This document shows positions 62,549 through 64,000 of a stretch of DNA of 64,000 bases, piece after piece (within the stretch, counting starts at the first letter, position 1; each line of letters starts with the position of its first letter). The notes under the pieces were generated by a model. The model searched no databases, was not told where the DNA came from, and was given only the letters and a program-made list of their open reading frames with translations. This stretch comes from Schmidtea polychroa (lineage: Eukaryota). Made by a program: the position numbers and the translations under genes. The stretch covers positions 251,162,001 through 251,226,000 of the forward strand of contig CM097885.1 of assembly GCA_044892525.1 (NCBI GenBank), read 5' to 3'.

Positions 62549-64000
62549 CTAAATTATTGAATTGAATATTTGATCGAATTGTTGATCTCGAATGACAGGA
62601 TCCGTTTCAGGCATGACGATATTACCACTACCATCTAAGACATCAACCCCTCTATAATGTCCATATGCAAAACTTGAGTTTTTCCCTACCCAAGCTCTCT
62701 TATCGTCGTGATTATTTAAAGCTATTTTTGAGTTTTTAAAAGTAAATAGCTGATGATTCCGGGTTCCTATTCTAGTTTGAGGAACCGACATGACTGTGTT
62801 GTTGTTATAGCAGTCTAAATAAGATTGATGTTTGATGTCGGTCCCCGGTAATTTTACGCCCTTAGCCCTCATTGTTGACTTATTTCCTAATAGGCTGTAA
62901 CATTTAGGACGTAAGAAAACCCATTCACTATATATCCTAACCCTTTACTCTCATCCTTAAACTTGCCTATAACTGAGTCAAGTCGCCTGGAATATAAAGG
63001 ATGAGAGGGATCGTAATTTGAAGTATCTAAAAGGTCATCCGAAATCATCGCTTGTAATAAGATATCTAATTTAAAATTTTTAACCTCTAAAAAGAAAGAG
63101 TCGGTATCACCCGCTACTAAATTAATTTCACAATTATAAATATCCCGATATCGTTGTAGCTCTATATACTGTAACTGATACATCCGTAGTTTGGATAGAT
63201 CCAGTACTGATTGTCCGATGTAGCTGGGTCTATCCAAACATATAGAGTCCTTATTGAGATGCGCGGCAAACAGATCATCAGCTATTTCAATTGTTTTTCT
63301 GAATGCCGGTTTTGACGAATATGTAATTAATTTTTCAGATGAATTACATAGTCGCAAATTCATCCTCTTTTTAAGGTTCTCTACGGATTTACCGTACAGG
63401 CTATTATTATATAATTTAAATAAATCTCTATATATTTCACTAACTGCATTAGCACGCAAGTTAGTGTTTTTATCGATATAATGTTTAAAGATATGATTTT
63501 GTTTATATTTTATAGCTCTGTGTATATTTACAACCTTAGCCCCAAGTGAAAGATAAAGCCTGAGAAGCCTCCAATGAAGAACATAGTTCTTCTTTGGATA
63601 ATGCGTGAGCATTAGCTTCTCAACTTTTGAGTTAGGTGGGCACATCTTTTCCGGTCCAATCGGAAAGTCATTTAAAAAATCATGGAAATCAATCGGAATC
63701 TCGATATCAACTTCCATAGTATATCCATATGGAAGTGTTTCGATATCCGCAACATTCACACACTCATCCAAAACTTCATTCAAGCCATCATACACCCAAG
63801 TAAAATCACCATAGGGAAGACTTTGGCTAAGAGCCCAACCATACAGATTATTTATATCAATATACAATAATTCTGTATCATCTGAAGCAGCCGTGTAATG
63901 TTTGTTAACAAATGTTAACCCACCCCGTATTCCTCCCTCGTAAAAATTGAACATTTCCATGTCCTGTAAAAGTTCTATGGGTTCCGTTAATGTCATAAGC
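62549..64000 (-). pseudogene. Protein-primed family B DNA polymerase, C-terminal part, frameshift near 62930
   Basis: GIRGG, YIDINNLYG, KLYNNSLYGK, AGDTDS, GKFKDE, then (shifted frame) FLRPKCY, RAKGV. Confidence 0.93.

Larger units (their letters stand above)
60556..64000. mobile_element. Polinton/Maverick (adintovirus-like) element, one end
   Basis: Starts with an (AGT)n terminus AGTAGTAG at 60556, followed by a repeat-rich terminal region, a RING gene and a protein-primed PolB that runs off the window. Confidence 0.78.

Overview
This is AT-rich eukaryotic DNA, most likely from an invertebrate animal or an animal parasite, although the sequence alone cannot name the taxon. It is a transposon graveyard flanking a ~10.9-kb 132-bp satellite array with higher-order repeats (30.2-41.1 kb). 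I found no CRISPR array, rRNA, convincing tRNA or intact housekeeping gene. Left arm: a decayed Ty3/Gypsy element, a Merlin, four hAT remnants (one Buster derivative with perfect 8-bp TSD), a piggyBac, an actin fragment and a PPT+3' LTR. Right arm: a hAT MITE, an IS630/Tc1 remnant and the main finding, a large decayed Ty3/Gypsy-type retroelement (minus strand, ~50.3-60.6 kb). Its coding region reads ubiquitin-like domain / Bcl-2-like domain / signal peptide / chuvirus-type (class III) fusion glycoprotein / TM / protease-RT-RNaseH-integrase / signal peptide / FN3-like glycoprotein / TM. A separate DEDDh exonuclease ORF follows, and no gag is visible. The 5' part of this element is cut by the AGTAGTAG terminus of a Polinton/Maverick (adintovirus-like) element. 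That element carries a dense AP-1 + nuclear-receptor motif array, a spliced IAP-type RING gene and a protein-primed PolB. Two GC-rich islands (11.3-12.5 and 43.8-45.2 kb) encode homologous coiled-coil proteins, each next to a conserved structured non-coding element. All orientable transposon remnants lie on the minus strand. Domain calls are by eye from motifs, not database searches.
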